A DNA stretch of 64,000 nt from Dipteris shenzhenensis (lineage: Eukaryota): assembly GCA_047967505.1 (NCBI GenBank), contig CM106538.1; one strand, written 5' to 3'. Of this stretch, positions 11,901 through 26,900 are shown one piece after another. Positions within the stretch are counted from its first letter, which is position 1; every line of letters begins with the position of its first letter. Made by a program: the position numbers and the translations under genes. Below the pieces are notes generated by a model. That model had not been told where the DNA came from. It did not search any database and saw only the letters and a list, made by a program, of their open reading frames with translations.

Positions 11901-14900
11901 ATTGGATGAGGAAGACGCCTCTTCCGTAGATGGTGACTTCTTGAATGTGGTCGCCATCTAGTGCCAAGATCGCCTAGATCCACTCTCGCACTTGTCTCCT
12001 TGTGAGTGTGAGGCCTCACGATCGCCTTGTCCTGGAGGGATTGAACTGCTTGCTGTATCTGTTGCTTGTCGGTTGGAGAAAGAAGGACCTTAACGGCTGT
12101 GGGATTGGAGGGTGCTGCCATAGAGCCTATCTGACCAGACCAAGGGTCACCACCAAGATTTTCCTCCTCCGAACAAACACAAATGCCCCCGCTGTAAAGG
12201 AAGAAGAGGGAGAACCGAAAGGAAGGAGGCGAAGAGGGGGGTGGGACGAGGCAGAGAGGAGGACATGAGGCGAGGAGGGGCGGAGAAGGCGGGGAGGAGG
12301 AGGCAAAGAAGGGAGGCAGGAGAGAAGCGGGAAGAGGCGGGGGGCAGTCGGGGGAGGCGGGGGCGGAGATAGTAGCAGGGGGGGCGAGAGGAGTAGTGAC
12401 GGCGGAGGGGGTGGTAGAGGAGGAGGTGGGGGCAGCGAAGGTGGCGGAGGAGGCGTGGACGGTGGAAGGAGGTAGCAGAGGTGGAGGTGGCATGGACGGG
12501 GGAAGAAGCGGGATAAGGGCATACCCAAAGAATGCATCCACACTCTATGTGATCTATAAGGTGATTGAGTCACGAGAGCACTTTGCTTTCAAATCCTTGT
12601 GTACTACGAGATTTGAGGTTGTTACCATTGTCTTTTGAGAGATTTTTGCTGACCTTCATTCATGAGGTTGTATGACACAAAGATCATCTGCTCAGGGCAC
12701 ACATATGAGATCAGGGTGCTCAGCGAGATTCCACTCAAAGTGTGATCATTGAGTTTTTCCAGCCAGATAGCACGGACCAGCAAGCTCTAGTAAGATGGTG
12801 TAGCTGAGGCCCAGAGTGAGAGACACAACAGAGCCATTAGTGGGTCGGTGCAAAGATCAGGCTTGGGGATCTTCCCTCTATGTTCACTAGACCAGAGGTA
12901 CAACCTATTGGTGTGATAGTGGCACTTGTCCGAAGCAGCGCCATAGCTATGAGACCACAGTGGACCAGACACATTGATCGTCACCATTGCTCTATCATGG
13001 GTTTTGTGCCCCCGCAGCCTCGTGCATCATCGGGACTCCTCATAGGCTCGACGACTCCACCAACATCCAGAGGACCACCTTAGTGATGCCACACCCCAGT
13101 TTTCATTCTGTCCATGGGCTTAGACATATTTTGTACTAGTGTGTCTAGGTTTTATGTTGTACCAGTCTTGGGTGTAGATGCTCGCTTAGAGGCTCCACCC
13201 TTTCAGCTCATCGTATATGGTATTTTCAGTGTCATAGACCCTTCGGTCTTTCAAAGGCTTCTAATAAACTTCCCTTCTTTCAAGGTCCACTCATCTCATA
13301 TCTTGGCTTGTATATGGATGGACACAGCACATACCTTGATGGCCATCTAGCTGAATATGCAGGGATCTTTCAGGGCTGCTGTTGCTAGGAGGACTGTTTT
13401 CCTCAAATTTGTATGGGATACTTGTTTCGCAGTTTCAATCACTTCAGTAGCCGCTTTGGTTGATTAATTGTTTGGAACTCAAACCCATGTTGAATTGCAA
13501 AATACGGCTACAATAACACCGGATCCGCCTAGTATATTTGCATTGCCTCATGGTGAGGGAATTTTTTTGACTGGTCACAGTGTTACTTATAAATAGGCTG
13601 CTAAACCACCAACAGGGAGGAGAAGGATAGAGATGAAGCCACTTTTTACCTTTCTCTAGAAGTGGTAAGGTTTTCATCAAGCAGCAAAGCTTACAAATGG
13701 TGGATGAACTCGCATAATAGTGGTCTAGTCCCTGGTACTTGGTTGGGCATTGTGAAGATATTTCTAAAAGAGTTTCTTCTAGAGAATGAGCAAGAAAAGT
13801 CCTTGAAGATGCGGAAAATTTCTGAGTATGGGGAAGTCCCCATTTAATCAATACATTGCCAAGGCTATTATCACATTAGAAGACCTCACTACGTTCCAAT
13901 AGATTTGGGGATATATACATGAAGGGCCAGCTATGTTTTAAATGTTGCAGCAAGGAGCATATAGCCATAGATTGCCCTAATCAGCTTGAAGGGAATAATT
14001 ATTCACTCATACCTTGGCATGCTCTTGTCATATTAGTGCCCTTTTGTGATAGATATTTCATGGATTCTAAGTGTCTAATTGAAGGCAGGTGTTTCAAAAG
14101 ATACAGATCTACATGGGTGATAAACAAGAAAAGATGATATAGGTGCATGCTGGTAAGAGAGGTTATAAATGGGTCCTGAGGAATATCTGCAAGGGAAAAG
14201 TAGTGGATATTCCTCAAGTAAGAGGGATCATGACTGCATATCATTGAGACAGACAAATTACGAAAGCGTCCTCATGTGCTATGAAATTTTGTCTGAAATG
14301 TCTTGTTGCAATTCTACACTAGGTAATGGGTGCATGAAGCATATCATGGGATGCTAGAGGGCAGCCTAAAGGAGAATTGCCTTTGTAATTAACAATTCAC
14401 TTAATTTGTGGATGCAGGTGTGCTGGTACTGGTGTTTTGGATTTGTTTGACTCCCAGTTTAGCTTTCATTCAAATTTACCTTCTTCAGAAAGGAGTTCTT
14501 CCTTGTTCAAGTTTGCAAATGAGAACAATTCCCGGGAGGCTGGTTGTGCTGTTACAGTAACTGATGCAGGAGAAACAGCTGTGGTGGTTTCCATGGATCC
14601 TGCAGATGGTCTTTCAGATAATGGGAATGCTCTGCCTGTAGTGGCTTCTTCGCATCTATGTGGCAGTGAAATACAAGTTGAGCCTTCTGAGCTGGAAATG
14701 GACAGCAGTACAATAGAAGTTGAGCCTTCTGAGCTGAAAATGGATAGCAGTAGTTCGTTTCTCAGGTTTTCCTTGCTACAATCTTCTGAAGCAGTTTCTA
14801 ACAGGTCTGATTCTGGTATAAAGGTGGCTCAGAACACATCTACCTTCAAAGGCGATATTGATAAGGATATGAACCAGGAAAGAACGGATGAAAAGCTTGA

Positions 14901-17900
14901 AATATCTTGTTCTTCACATTTGTTCCTTACATCTTGTCCTGGTGTTTTGGCGGCGAGTAATAACACCTTGGTTTCAGATGTGGAATCTAGTCCTAGTCAT
15001 ACTATCCAACAAATTTCAGAAAAATTTCATGATGAGCCTGTTCCAAAGAGTGAACATGAGGTTGTAAATGCAGATGTACTGGATAGTTTTGACACCAAGC
15101 TTGAAATGGCCACCGATAAGGAAATTGGACGTGCTGTAGAGAAGGAAGAAGGTAGTGTGAATATCAGACAGGATGAATTTCAAGGTATTTGTGGCAAGAG
15201 GATTAAAGATGCCAAACGAAAGTTGAGATCAGAGGACAGGTATAAGTTACTGCTTTTGAAAATTTTTGATCACATTGGTCCTTAATTATATGTTCATAAA
15301 GTTGGTCTTAAAAGTTAAGGCTTGCTGTCTCTGTAGTTATGGCTATTTCACAGTTCACTGATCATGGCACATATGTATATGAAACACTTGCACATTCCCA
15401 TTGCTCATACATACATGTAAGCTAATGAAATATTACTGAAATGATAGATGTTTGTAAAATTCTTCTCTACCTATAAATGTGGTGTATCGTTTTTCTGGAA
15501 ATATGGTGTGACATGCATTGTATTACGAGTTGCTGATTCGTGATAGTTTCTGCATCTGTCCTGAATTTTACTGTCTCTAAAGCATTGATATATGTGCAAA
15601 TACGACACCCTATGATAAGAATGATGTAGACTTCTTTTGGAACCTCACAATTTAATTCAGATCTGAATAGAAAATCGAAACTAAAATTGTGCTGGTGGAT
15701 AGTCTCGGTTACTTGTCAGTAATGGCAGATAGTGGGCAAGCTCTTTTGGTAGGAAAGTGCTAGGGCTTGGGTGCTGTGCATGTATTTCTGAAGATATGGG
15801 CTTTTGTACACTCTGTTGCATGCAGGGAGTTTTTACCCATAAAAGTTTCACGGCATAATCTATCCAAAAGATCTCCGAGTAAAAATGTAGGTCCTCAAAC
15901 AGGAGAGGAGCTAACAGAGGAAGAGCTTGTACAGCCTATTGCTACAAATAGTATAGTGCAAGATGGTTTCACAGAGGTAAAGTTGGAAACAGTCATGCAT
16001 GAACCTTCCAAAACAAAGGGTGGACCTTTGGATGAGTTGACACAATTGGTGCAGGGTCCCTCTCTCAGAATCCAGAGGAACAAGAGTCTTCAATATGCAA
16101 CTGCAACTAAAGAAAATAAGCACATCAATGATGGGGTAAGGACCAGAAAAATCGTTCACCGAGGGAGTGACCTAGAGGGGAAAACTTCTGTAATAGTGGA
16201 TCAGGTACGGCGGCATTTAAAGGAGGCAACCGGTCCTGGTGCCTCGAAAAATCTAGGAGAAGTTAACGTGACAGATGCAAAATTTATTGCCGCATTCAAA
16301 GCTGCAGTTGTGAGCTCTCAAGTTGGGATGAGACAATATTTGGCTCCTAAGCAGAGGCCAACCATTCCTAGGAAGGGTGTAAGTAACAAAGATGGAGTCC
16401 GACAGAGTTTGGCACAAAAGCTCTATGGTGCCAGTGGAAAGCGGCGCCAAGCATGGGATAGAGACTGGGATATTGCCTTTTGGAAGGAGAGAGCATCAAA
16501 GGAAAAGAAGGCGAGGCATGAAGCAACAAAATTGGATATGGATGTGGCATTGGAAATGGCATTGATTGAGAAAGCAATAGGAGATTCAAAAGAAAGCAGC
16601 AAGGTAGAGGTTGATTCACTTTTGAGTAGAATATACCCTGCAGATGCTTCTCTTTTTCCGAGGCAGCCTGATATAAAGCCTCTTGCTGAACAGCTGAGTT
16701 TTAAAAGGAACCCTGTACAAGCAAAACAAACTGAAAATGCAGGTCATACAAAGCCCGAGAAAGGGGTCACACAACAATTGAAAGTTGCAAATACAGGGAA
16801 TATACCAGCCTTAAGAAAAAAGACAAAAGATTCAGATTCCATAAGTGAGAAATCAGATTCTAGAAGTCTTAGTACATGCAGACCTGCTGTCAATGGTGGT
16901 CAGGACTTGAAGGCTGACAAACGAAAATGGGCCCTTGAAGTACTTGCAAGAAAGACTGCGACTGGAGCAAAAGGTTCAGTTTTAAGAGGAGAGAAGTCGG
17001 CACAGGATGGGTTACCGTTGTTGGTGAGTATGTTGATCTTTGCCTAAAGTTCAAACATCCTCCAGAAAAATGAGAAGTCAGTAGCATGCTGGCTGTTCGA
17101 ATTAAACTGGCTTTCTTTTCTGTTTGACTTTCATTTCTATTTGTTTCAATTGCTCACAATTTTCTTAATTGATTTATATTCTCCCCTTTCTATTTAATGT
17201 CGGCCAACATTGTTTCAGGCAGAGTTACCTTTGCATATGAGGCCGGTACTTGAATATGACCGCCGCAGTAAAGTGCCAACCGCAACTAGGCAGGTACTCT
17301 GTTTTCAAAGTACCTTTTAGCTCTGCACGTCTAACTCTGGCTTTTGGGAGCTTTCTGGGATTGTGCAAAGCTGACTCCTTCTGTTGTAGGCCTTGTTAAA
17401 TTTCTCCATGCTGAGGGAAGCCACTTGCTTCAGGTACATCTCGATCGCTTTGTTGATTATTATCTGCGGAGAGCAAATCTAAAGAGTGTGGGAGAAAATC
17501 CAGAATGCAAAACTGCTATCTTAGCAGCAGTGTGCAAAGAAGCGGCTATTTATGATAGAGCCAACACAAAAGGTGTCTATGTGAACTTTTGTGTACAAGC
17601 TCTTTCTTTTTCCTCAAATGTGGAAAATGAGGTAGAGCTTACTGGGCAAGATACAGCAAAGGCATCAATCACAGAAGTTCCACAAGTGACACAAGATGAA
17701 GACATGGCTGTTATCAGAGCGTGGACAGCAGCTGGGCTCATTTCAGATTCGCCATCTGAAAGCGCATCTCATGAAGAGGGTTCTAACAGTTTATGTGCTG
17801 AAACAAGCCTATTTGATCGCGAAAATAATCCTTCTTCAAACATCTGCCGAGAATGTGAATGCGATCCAGAAATGGAAGCCAAGGAAAATGATCGTAGTAG

Positions 17901-20900
17901 TGCCAAGCAAAATTTCCAGTCTGTCACTCACTGTCATAGTGATGCTGCAGCAGCAGTACTGGCAACTGCTGCCAAAAATGCATCTTGTCAGCTTCTACCT
18001 TCCAATACTAGGTTGGCCTGTAATGAGCTTTATGGAGCAGAAAGGGAAGATGGTGTATCAGACGGGCTGACTGCAGTGGAGGCTTCTCAAGTGGTCAACG
18101 GAATCGACAATGAAAGGGACATGGGAGATAGTTTCATTCCTGAACAGAAAGAGAGTCCTTCCATTGGGAAAGGGAGGGAAGAACCTGGCGCAGAGCTGGG
18201 ACATTTGATTGGTGTTGAGAATAAAAATGCTTCAGAAATAACGTCCAAAACTGTGAGCAGCAGTGAGGTCCAGATTGAGGCAACAATGAGCAGTATTGCA
18301 GCTGTTCACATAGGAAAACAGACAGAATGTCATGAACCCATGATGCCATCCATAAGTAGTGAACCTCATTGCTCAACTGTTGACACAAATATTCAGGAAC
18401 CACCTTTCATATCTATAAGAGAGGCAGAGAAGGAAGCACTAGAGGAGGCACCACAGACAAGTGTAAACATGGAGGCAATTTGGAAGCAGGCAAGTCTCTG
18501 TAAAGAAGTAATTCATCCCATACTAAAACACTCACAAGTAGATTACAAATCACTAGCTACAGAAAGTGTGAACTCAAAGCGTGCATACACTGCATACAAG
18601 ACTGCAAGTCTGATTGTTTCAATATGCTTTGTTTCTAATCAGAAATTTATTGTCAGTTGGCCTCTGTTTTAGCCATGATGTTCGTTGATAGCTTCTACTT
18701 TTCTTGTTGGTGCCTTGTTTGTGTACTAACAGGCTGTGGGCCTCTATCTGAATGTGGAGTTTCTTGTTGCTGACTTCTGCTTTTGATTCTGCGTTTCTCT
18801 TATTGGCACCTCACAGTTCAGCTTAAAGTAATTTATATTTTCAAAATTTGCATAAAATCCCTAAAATTAAGAAGAAAGAAATCTTGTGGAGTTGTGCAGA
18901 AAAAAGCTTACAGTGGCCAACCCAATCAAGCACGGTTCAGCGGCATGTACTGCTAAGAAATTGCTAATTCGGGGGCCATCATCCCAGGACCTCAAAGGAT
19001 TTTGATCTGGACAGAGGCTCCTTGAGCTCATCATCCTCTCTCTCCAGATATGACACAGCAGAGCTCCAGAACAACTTTTTGGCTAAGAACAGAGAATCCA
19101 CTGGGAGACTGAACTTTGGACCTCAAATCATGCTATCTCACTGCCTATTGTCTCCCAAAGCTTTATTAGCACTTGTGACTGGATCTTGAGGGCCATGTGC
19201 TGCTCCTAAGCAGCCATTTCCTGCAGCCGAATCTTCTGCTCACATGGCAGCCAGCATGATCCTCATGTGGCAGCCCTGCTACTCCTGTCAAATCTGTCCC
19301 TGTGGCAGCCTTCTTTGCTGCCTATGTGGCCTCACAGATGTTGCTGGTACATGTGCCCTATGTCCTCCTTATTTAGGGGACTCACAAGTGGGAGGTGACC
19401 TATATTCCTGTCATAGTTGTCCCCGTTGCAGCCTTCCTTACTGCCTATGTGGCATCTCTCTGTCTCAACAGATTCTGCTGGTACACCTCCCCTATGTCTT
19501 CCTCATGTGGGGGCTCACACGTGGGGAGGTGATCTATACAATCCCAACAAGTTCTTATGCCGTTAGCTATGTTAGTCAGTATATGGCACTTCCAAAAGCC
19601 AGTCATTGACGGACAGTCAAAAGGATCCCCAGATACATCAAAAGTACCATGAATTTTGGGATCTTGTCTGGACAGTCCAAAACTCCACAGTTTGCAATGG
19701 TTTTACGACATTGATTAGGTAAGCAGCAAAGACACAAAGCCTACTATAGGCTACACTTTTCACTCAGCACTCACATTATTTTGTGGGTGAGCAAAAAGCA
19801 AAATACTAATGCTTTTTCTTTCACTAAGGCTGAGTATATGGCAGCAATGTCAGCAAATGCAGCAATATTTGAAGTGATTGTCTTCAAAGATTACTTGGTG
19901 ATCTTGGCATACTAGTTGATTCAAAGCATGCACCTAATGGATAGTGTGATTGGAAGCATTCAAGGCTTTTTGAAATGCTTCGACGAATCATCTCTAACTC
20001 ACTTGGATGTTGCCGCCATTGTGTGCGACTCCTCTGCCTGGCCTTAGTTCTGCTTTTGGGTCTTGCCTCTCTCACAATTCTCTCGGAAAATTGTGAGATC
20101 TAAGGAATCTCTCTGAGTCTTATTCAAGACAAGATATAGCTTTTTACATAGAGACCCATCAGAGCCCCCAGAGTGCCCGCGCCCTTTGCCTGTAATTAGT
20201 GGATACACATGGGAGTCAGTATACCGGCATGAGACTCGAGGATAGGTGGAGTGCATGGATTGGGAGGAGTAGCAACACTATACTGATCATCTCTCACTGG
20301 GTTGATCTCCGTTGGGAGGCATGACATATTTTTTGAAGCCCCTCTCGACAGGACCTCTTCATTTCAGTATGCTACTTCCTCCCCTAGACCTCACACTTTG
20401 CTGGAGATGTACGCAGGGAGGGTAGACTTCACTATACACAGCCCTACACCATAACATCATGGGTTTCTCAAGCCGCAAGGAAGAGCTCCTTGTACTTATC
20501 TAGAGAAGTGGTCACTTGGTGGTGCACAAACCACTACAATACAGATATGGACATAGCTAGGCATGATTGGGACGAGTTTCTCAAAGACATCCGGACTCAA
20601 TTTGATATCTAATTAAACATTGACGATAGCAGCAAGTTGGATCTGCTGTCCTTCCTTCACAAGGCTGCACCATGCCACCCAAATGTTCTAGGTTATAATA
20701 CTGGCAAATGGTCTCCCAAATTTTATCCTTACAACAACTCGAGGGTCACTACTTAGGAAGGAGGACCAATGTAAGCCCCCAAGAAAACCATCCGAGCTGC
20801 CCCATGCATCCTTTGTGAAAACACTAAAAAGATGCAATGTACTAGGCCATGGCAAGCAATACCAAGTTGACCATCAATGCTCTGCTTATGAGGGAGAGTA

Positions 20901-23900
20901 AGACAGAGCTTCAATCCAAAAGCTTACATAGAGAATTCTCTCTAGGATTGGAGCCACCTATTGCTTAGCAAATCTGTCAACAACTACAACCTGGTATCCA
21001 AGATAGCTTATGGTATGACCTCTAGGGATCCATTGAAAGTCAAAAGTCTCACTGCAAGGGAGAGATCCCTTGTATAAAAAGAGAAGCCCATTGATTTGTG
21101 TTGGGACTTCAACGCAAGAATGGATCTGTGTCAGGTATCACTTATGGGATTTTGCGATGACTTTTTTTAATTGCAAGATGTTGGTCTAGATGAGGCAGGG
21201 ATATCTCGAGTATCCATAGACAAGCGAGCCCCAGTCACATCTTATGGGCACGCTTTCTTGGACATGGGAAGGATACATGATTTTGTCATTTATAATGGTT
21301 TGGGTGGATGACCCTTCTCGGATAGATTCGCTTGCTTTCCACACGGGGGGGGCTCCAATGTAGTTGATTACCTCATGGGATCCCTTGTCTTCGCCTTGCA
21401 TTTTACTGATGTCTCTCTCTCGCCGGCACCATCAAGAGCTGATTACGCCCATTTCCTCGTTAGTATATCCATCCCCTACCACACGATGCACACCACGATA
21501 CCGTCCACACACACTACATATCATGACATCCACTTTGATCATAGCCTCTCCCTTGAGTATTTTGCATGCCTTTCTACTCTACTCACAGATCTCAAGGACA
21601 TCCAGCTCCAAGAAGGTCGAGATGTTCTGATCACCCGCTCTATGAGGCTGCCCTACATACCTTCATACAGCACTCGCCCACCACCTCTCAGCTCGGTACC
21701 GTGCAACAACTAGTACAATGATGAGTGTAAAGCTGTATGTCGTTAACTCAGATTTGAGGCTAAGCAGCACCTTTTGAGAGGCAAAGATGATACACAATTA
21801 TCACCGCCTAGTCCATTGGTAGAAGCAAGCTTTGGTTGCCAAAACAAGCAAGAGTTAATGTTTAGTCACAACTGTAAGGACTTTTGGCATAAGTTTCCCA
21901 CGTGGCGATCCCCCTCTCCTCTCATGGATACCACACTATGGCATTCTTATGTATGCACATTGTATGACATTCCTCACAAGCCATCACTTGAGCTCTCATA
22001 GTTACCCTGTCCCACCTCTTGCACACTTTTCACCACCGATGGCATTTAACACACAGCGTGAGATCATGTCGGTAGTCATGGCACTCTATGAGAGGGTCTC
22101 AAGTAGGGTTCGGATGGGTACAGGGTGGATAGAGATCATTAGCACTATCAGTGTCAAACAGGTTTGTCCGTTATCACCAACCTTGTTTGGCCTATACATT
22201 GATGAGCTTTTGAGACCGTGATCGGGACACTAAGGGGGCAGGTTGGTGTGTCACTGGTTCCTTGATCCAGATCTTCCTCCATGCAAATGATGTGGTCTTA
22301 CTCTCATCTTTAGCGGAGGGCCTCCAATGACACTCGGTGCATTCCATATCTTCTGCAAGACACATGATTTGAAGGTCAACCTTGGTAAAACCAAGGTCAT
22401 GATCTTCAGCACACCCTAGGCAGCCATGCATAGAAAGCAGTTCACGCTGGATGGTTTACCAGTGGAGATCGTCGCATCCTACACATACTTGGGGATTCCT
22501 TTCTCTTGCCTGATTTTCATGATGCAACTAGTGATCCAGGTTCGATTGAGTAGATTGGGCTGAGCGGAGAGCCTCCAATTTTTCTTACTGTCACAGGTGA
22601 TCCACAGTAGGCCATTGGTTCCACATCAAATTATTCTAGCTGAGTTTGAGGCACCTCCACTGCAGCTTGATGCAGCCTTTCTAATAACCATCTACCTCTA
22701 CCGAGTCAGGAATTATGGTTTCTTGACCTCAGCTGGTGCAGCTTACCATGGCTGACCCTCTCTTTATCGATGACTTTAGTAGCTGAGGGCGATCAGAGGT
22801 GTTGTTTGAGAGTCTGGGGCTCCATATGGGCAGGTTACTTCCCTGTTAGTATAGCTTGAGGCCCCTTTTGTTCCACTCACTTACCACGAGGCTAACCAGG
22901 TTATCTGGGAGGATCTCTTACAGCTATACATATTCTGGACTTGGTTTGCCGCTAGCGAGCCTCCTATGAAGCTCAGCTTGTACATGGATCACTTATGGAT
23001 CGATATTAGAGGAGTGATTCATTGACCTGCCAGGTATACATGGATCAACTGTTCCGCCGTGCTTCTGGTGCTGTCTAGGCTGCTGTTCACCTCAGATCTG
23101 CTCCATATTGCTTTAGACTGCTGCACAATCTGCTTCAAACTTTTCTCGGAGCTGTGGTTCAGTCCCAGACTTTGCACTTGACTGCCCCATGGCAGCCGTG
23201 ATCTTTGTGACCTAGTCACCTCCTTTTTGTCCATCAAATCTGCTCCAACCACCTTCCAAGTGCCACGTAGAGTTACAACCTCCTAAGACAACCGGGCAGC
23301 TCCCTTGTGCTGCACGCATGGCAAACCATGTGCTGCCCATATGGCAACCTTTCATTCTTCGTTAGATCTGCCCAAATGGTAGGCTCAATCACTGTTGATT
23401 CAGGAGCACACATCAACATATATCTGACACCAGTGTCTTCTCCTCCCAAGGAGAGGCCTCGAGATGTGGTCCCCTGTAGCAACTACGAGCTGATGGGTTT
23501 GCATCTTAGCTTCTAGGCACTCACCCTTGAGGTTTTCGACCAGGGTGAGCTTATTCTAGGGTAGGTAGTGTGGATCACTTTGCGGATGGGTGACTCCAGG
23601 ATCGGGGTCCTAAACGTGTACGACCTAGCTTGCAAACAACATCGTCCTTCGTTGTGGAGGCAACATACCGAGAGCCTCCTAGATGTCAACTTTTGGATTG
23701 TTGAAGTCACGTTCGAGGAGGACAAGCAAGGCGGAGCCGCCTTCACAACGATGCCACGTTCGAGAGGGGAAGGTGGGAGCAGTCCATCCTCGCCGATGAG
23801 TAGTTTTGACACATTTAGGGAGGTGGAGTTCCTAGACTTGCCGGCAGTCTTTGCGTTTTCTTTAGCTAGCAGTGGCATGATGGTTTGCTAGAGCAACTAG

Positions 23901-26900
23901 ACAGGCTCTACATTGGGGATTGGGCGAATCAGAGAGGAGCTGTCAGGAGAGAGAGGACAGAGATGGAAGAGAGCGAGAGCAGGCAAGGACGATGATGTAA
24001 GATGATTCCCCGGTCGTGCTTCACTTAGAGCAGCCCTTGGAGGACTCCCATAGAAGGGGGGTTTGCTTCAAGAGGAGGTTGTTCAATAGGCCGTGGCAAA
24101 GATTTGGCAGCAACCACAGAGCCCCCCTGTGGAAGGGTGGGCGACCTGGGTGGCAAACGTGATTCCGAGAAGCATGAGGAGCTCTAAACCTAGGCTCTTC
24201 ATCGTTGTCACACTCTCCGAGAGAGGAGAGAGCACTGAGACAGAATTTGGTCTCAATAGAGCAACTTAGAGAGTCATCGTTGCTTTGAGACCAATATGAG
24301 AGTGAGAGTGCGCTGCTCCAACTTCAGGCTGCGGAGATTGTTCAAGCGGATTTCTCTTATCATTCCTCTAGGATATGGTTGGTTCATGTAACCTGACGTC
24401 TCTATTCTCGCTTCTATTTACTGATCACGGGAGTAGCACCATGTCTATCCACCCAGCCAATTCTACCAAGGCTACCCAGCTTGGGAGAGAGAGAGAGCTG
24501 TATCAATATCACGTAAAAATCACGATTCTTCATTCTCTATCAAGCCTTGACAGACCCCAATTCCCTAGATAGATCTAGATGCCACATGTCATCCATATAG
24601 GGCCTTTCTAATGCAACATTTCACCCCTCTCTTGGGATGCATTTAATTCCTTGCCCCTAGGCACATTCTTTGCACTAGGCCCCTGGTCTCAGATCTATCT
24701 AGTCTGGTGCTATCAGCCCTCACCTAGGACCTTGACATTAATCCCTCACGATCATTTACATAAAGTGCAAACACATATATTACAAAGATAGATCCTATAA
24801 GGGAAATGTCGACTGATTCTTCCAAGGTCATGCTACCTCGGCTAGAGCGTAACATTCCTTCCCTCTTCAGACATCAGCGTCCTCGATGATAAAGTCTGGG
24901 AACACTCTCCGCAACTGATATACGGATTCCCAGGTAGCTTCGGATAGAGGCTGACCATGCCATGCAACCAACACCGTGGGTATCTTCCGATTTCGTATTT
25001 GCATTGTTCCTCGGTCCAGGATTCTTGTTGGTTTGCGCCTTGCAATATCCTCTATCTCCTGAAACAAAACCACACCTTCGATTAGTGAGTCACCAGTATG
25101 TAAAAATTTCTTTAAACGTGAAACATGAAAAACCGGGTGCACCTTACACCCCTGTGGCAATTCTAATTTATAGGCTACACTGCCTATTCTCTTTAGAATT
25201 AACCACGGCCCACAGTATCGAGGTGATAACTTAGCACACTCTCCTGAAGTCAACGACTTCGAGTGCGAAGGAATTCTGAGAAAAACTTTTTCTCCTTCTT
25301 CAAATACTCTTATAGACCGATTTTCATCCGCATACACCTTGGCTCTATCCATAGCCTGGCGGATATTAGCTCTCGCAAGTGCTAGCATCTCCCGCATCTG
25401 AACTACAAAGTTCGCGGCACTAGGCACTTTCTGAGGTACTCCAACTATAGTCGGATTGGCTGGTCTATAACCATAGTTCAGCTCAAACGGACTGAACCCT
25501 GTAGATGAATGTTTCCTATCATTGTAGGCAAACTCCAACAATGGCAACCACTTGTCCCATGTATGTTGCCTCAATGACACATATGCTCTCAGCATATCCT
25601 CTAAAGTCTGGTTGACTCTCTCCGTCTGACCATCCGTCTCAGGATGATCCCCACTACTCATTCCCAACTCAGTCCTTAGTGTCTCAAATACCGCAGTCCA
25701 AAAGTGACCGGTAAACCTGACATCTCTGTCTGACACTATGGATCTGGGCAATCCATGCAGACGAAATATATGTCTAATAAACAACTCCGCTACTTGCGGG
25801 GCACTAATAGACTCTCTAGTCGGAATGAAGTGAGCCATCTTGGTTAGACGATCAACCACCACAAGGATAGAATTATATCCTCCTTGTGTTGCAGGTAACC
25901 CTACAATAAAGTCCATGGAAATGCTCTCCCACTTACTTAGTGGTATTTCCAAGGGCTGCAAAAGTCCGGGTGGCTTCACCCGCTCGGCCTTACTTACCTG
26001 ACACGAGAAACACCGTGTCACATATTCATGAATATGTTTTTTCATCTTTGGCCAAAAGAAATCTCGCTTCACGAGATCATATGTCTTCTCGACTCCTGGA
26101 TGTCCCGCACACGGGCTATCATGGCATTGTCGAATGACTCTCTGCTTGAGATCATTCTGACCAGGTACTACAACCTTGCCATTTCTAACTAGCATACCAT
26201 CCCTTATGGTATATCTTGCATAAGTTTGGCCTTTTCTGGATGCCAGGTCATCCTTTTCACTTTCCCCGGGTTTTAACACATGAGCTTTAGGCCACAAGCT
26301 CTGGACAAACTCGTCCACCTTTTGAGTTTCTCTGATCTCGGTCATTAGAGCACTCTCTAATACCGTGAAACTCAGGTTGTGCATAATGCGAGACAACGCA
26401 TCAGCTACCTTATTGTCTTTTCCTCTTCGGTACCGAATCGTTAAATTAAACTCCTGCATGAGCTCTGCCCACCTAGCTTGGCGGCCCCTCAAGTCAGGCT
26501 GTTTACAAAAATGTTTCAGAGTATCATGATCTACATCCACATAAAACTCTGAACCATACAAATAATGCCTCCATGTTTTCAAAGCATGGATAACAGCATA
26601 CAACTCTAATTCATGAGTTGGCCAATTCCTTTGAGAGGGAGAAAGCTTCTTGCTTTCAAAGGCTACTGGCCTTCCCTCTTGAAGGAGGACTGCTCCTACC
26701 GCAATGCCACTTGCATCGGTTTCTAGGAACAACGGTTTCTGGGGATCAACTATTTTTAACACCGGTCCTGAGACCACAGCTTGTTTTATGGTGTTAAAAC
26801 TTTCTTGTTGATTCTGTCCCCAAATAAAAGGTACTTTATCTGAGGTCAGATCAGTCAATGGCGATACTATTCCGGAATATCCTTTGATATGCCTTCTATA

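Noticed and set aside
11732-12638. Proline-rich/extensin-like ORFs
   Set aside because: Low-complexity purine/pyrimidine tract upstream of LINE ORF1; open in several frames by composition.
5803-24386. Inversion already caused by recombination between the two chromoviruses
   Set aside because: Copy 2 keeps matching LTRs and its TSD, and exons inside and outside the interval are co-oriented.
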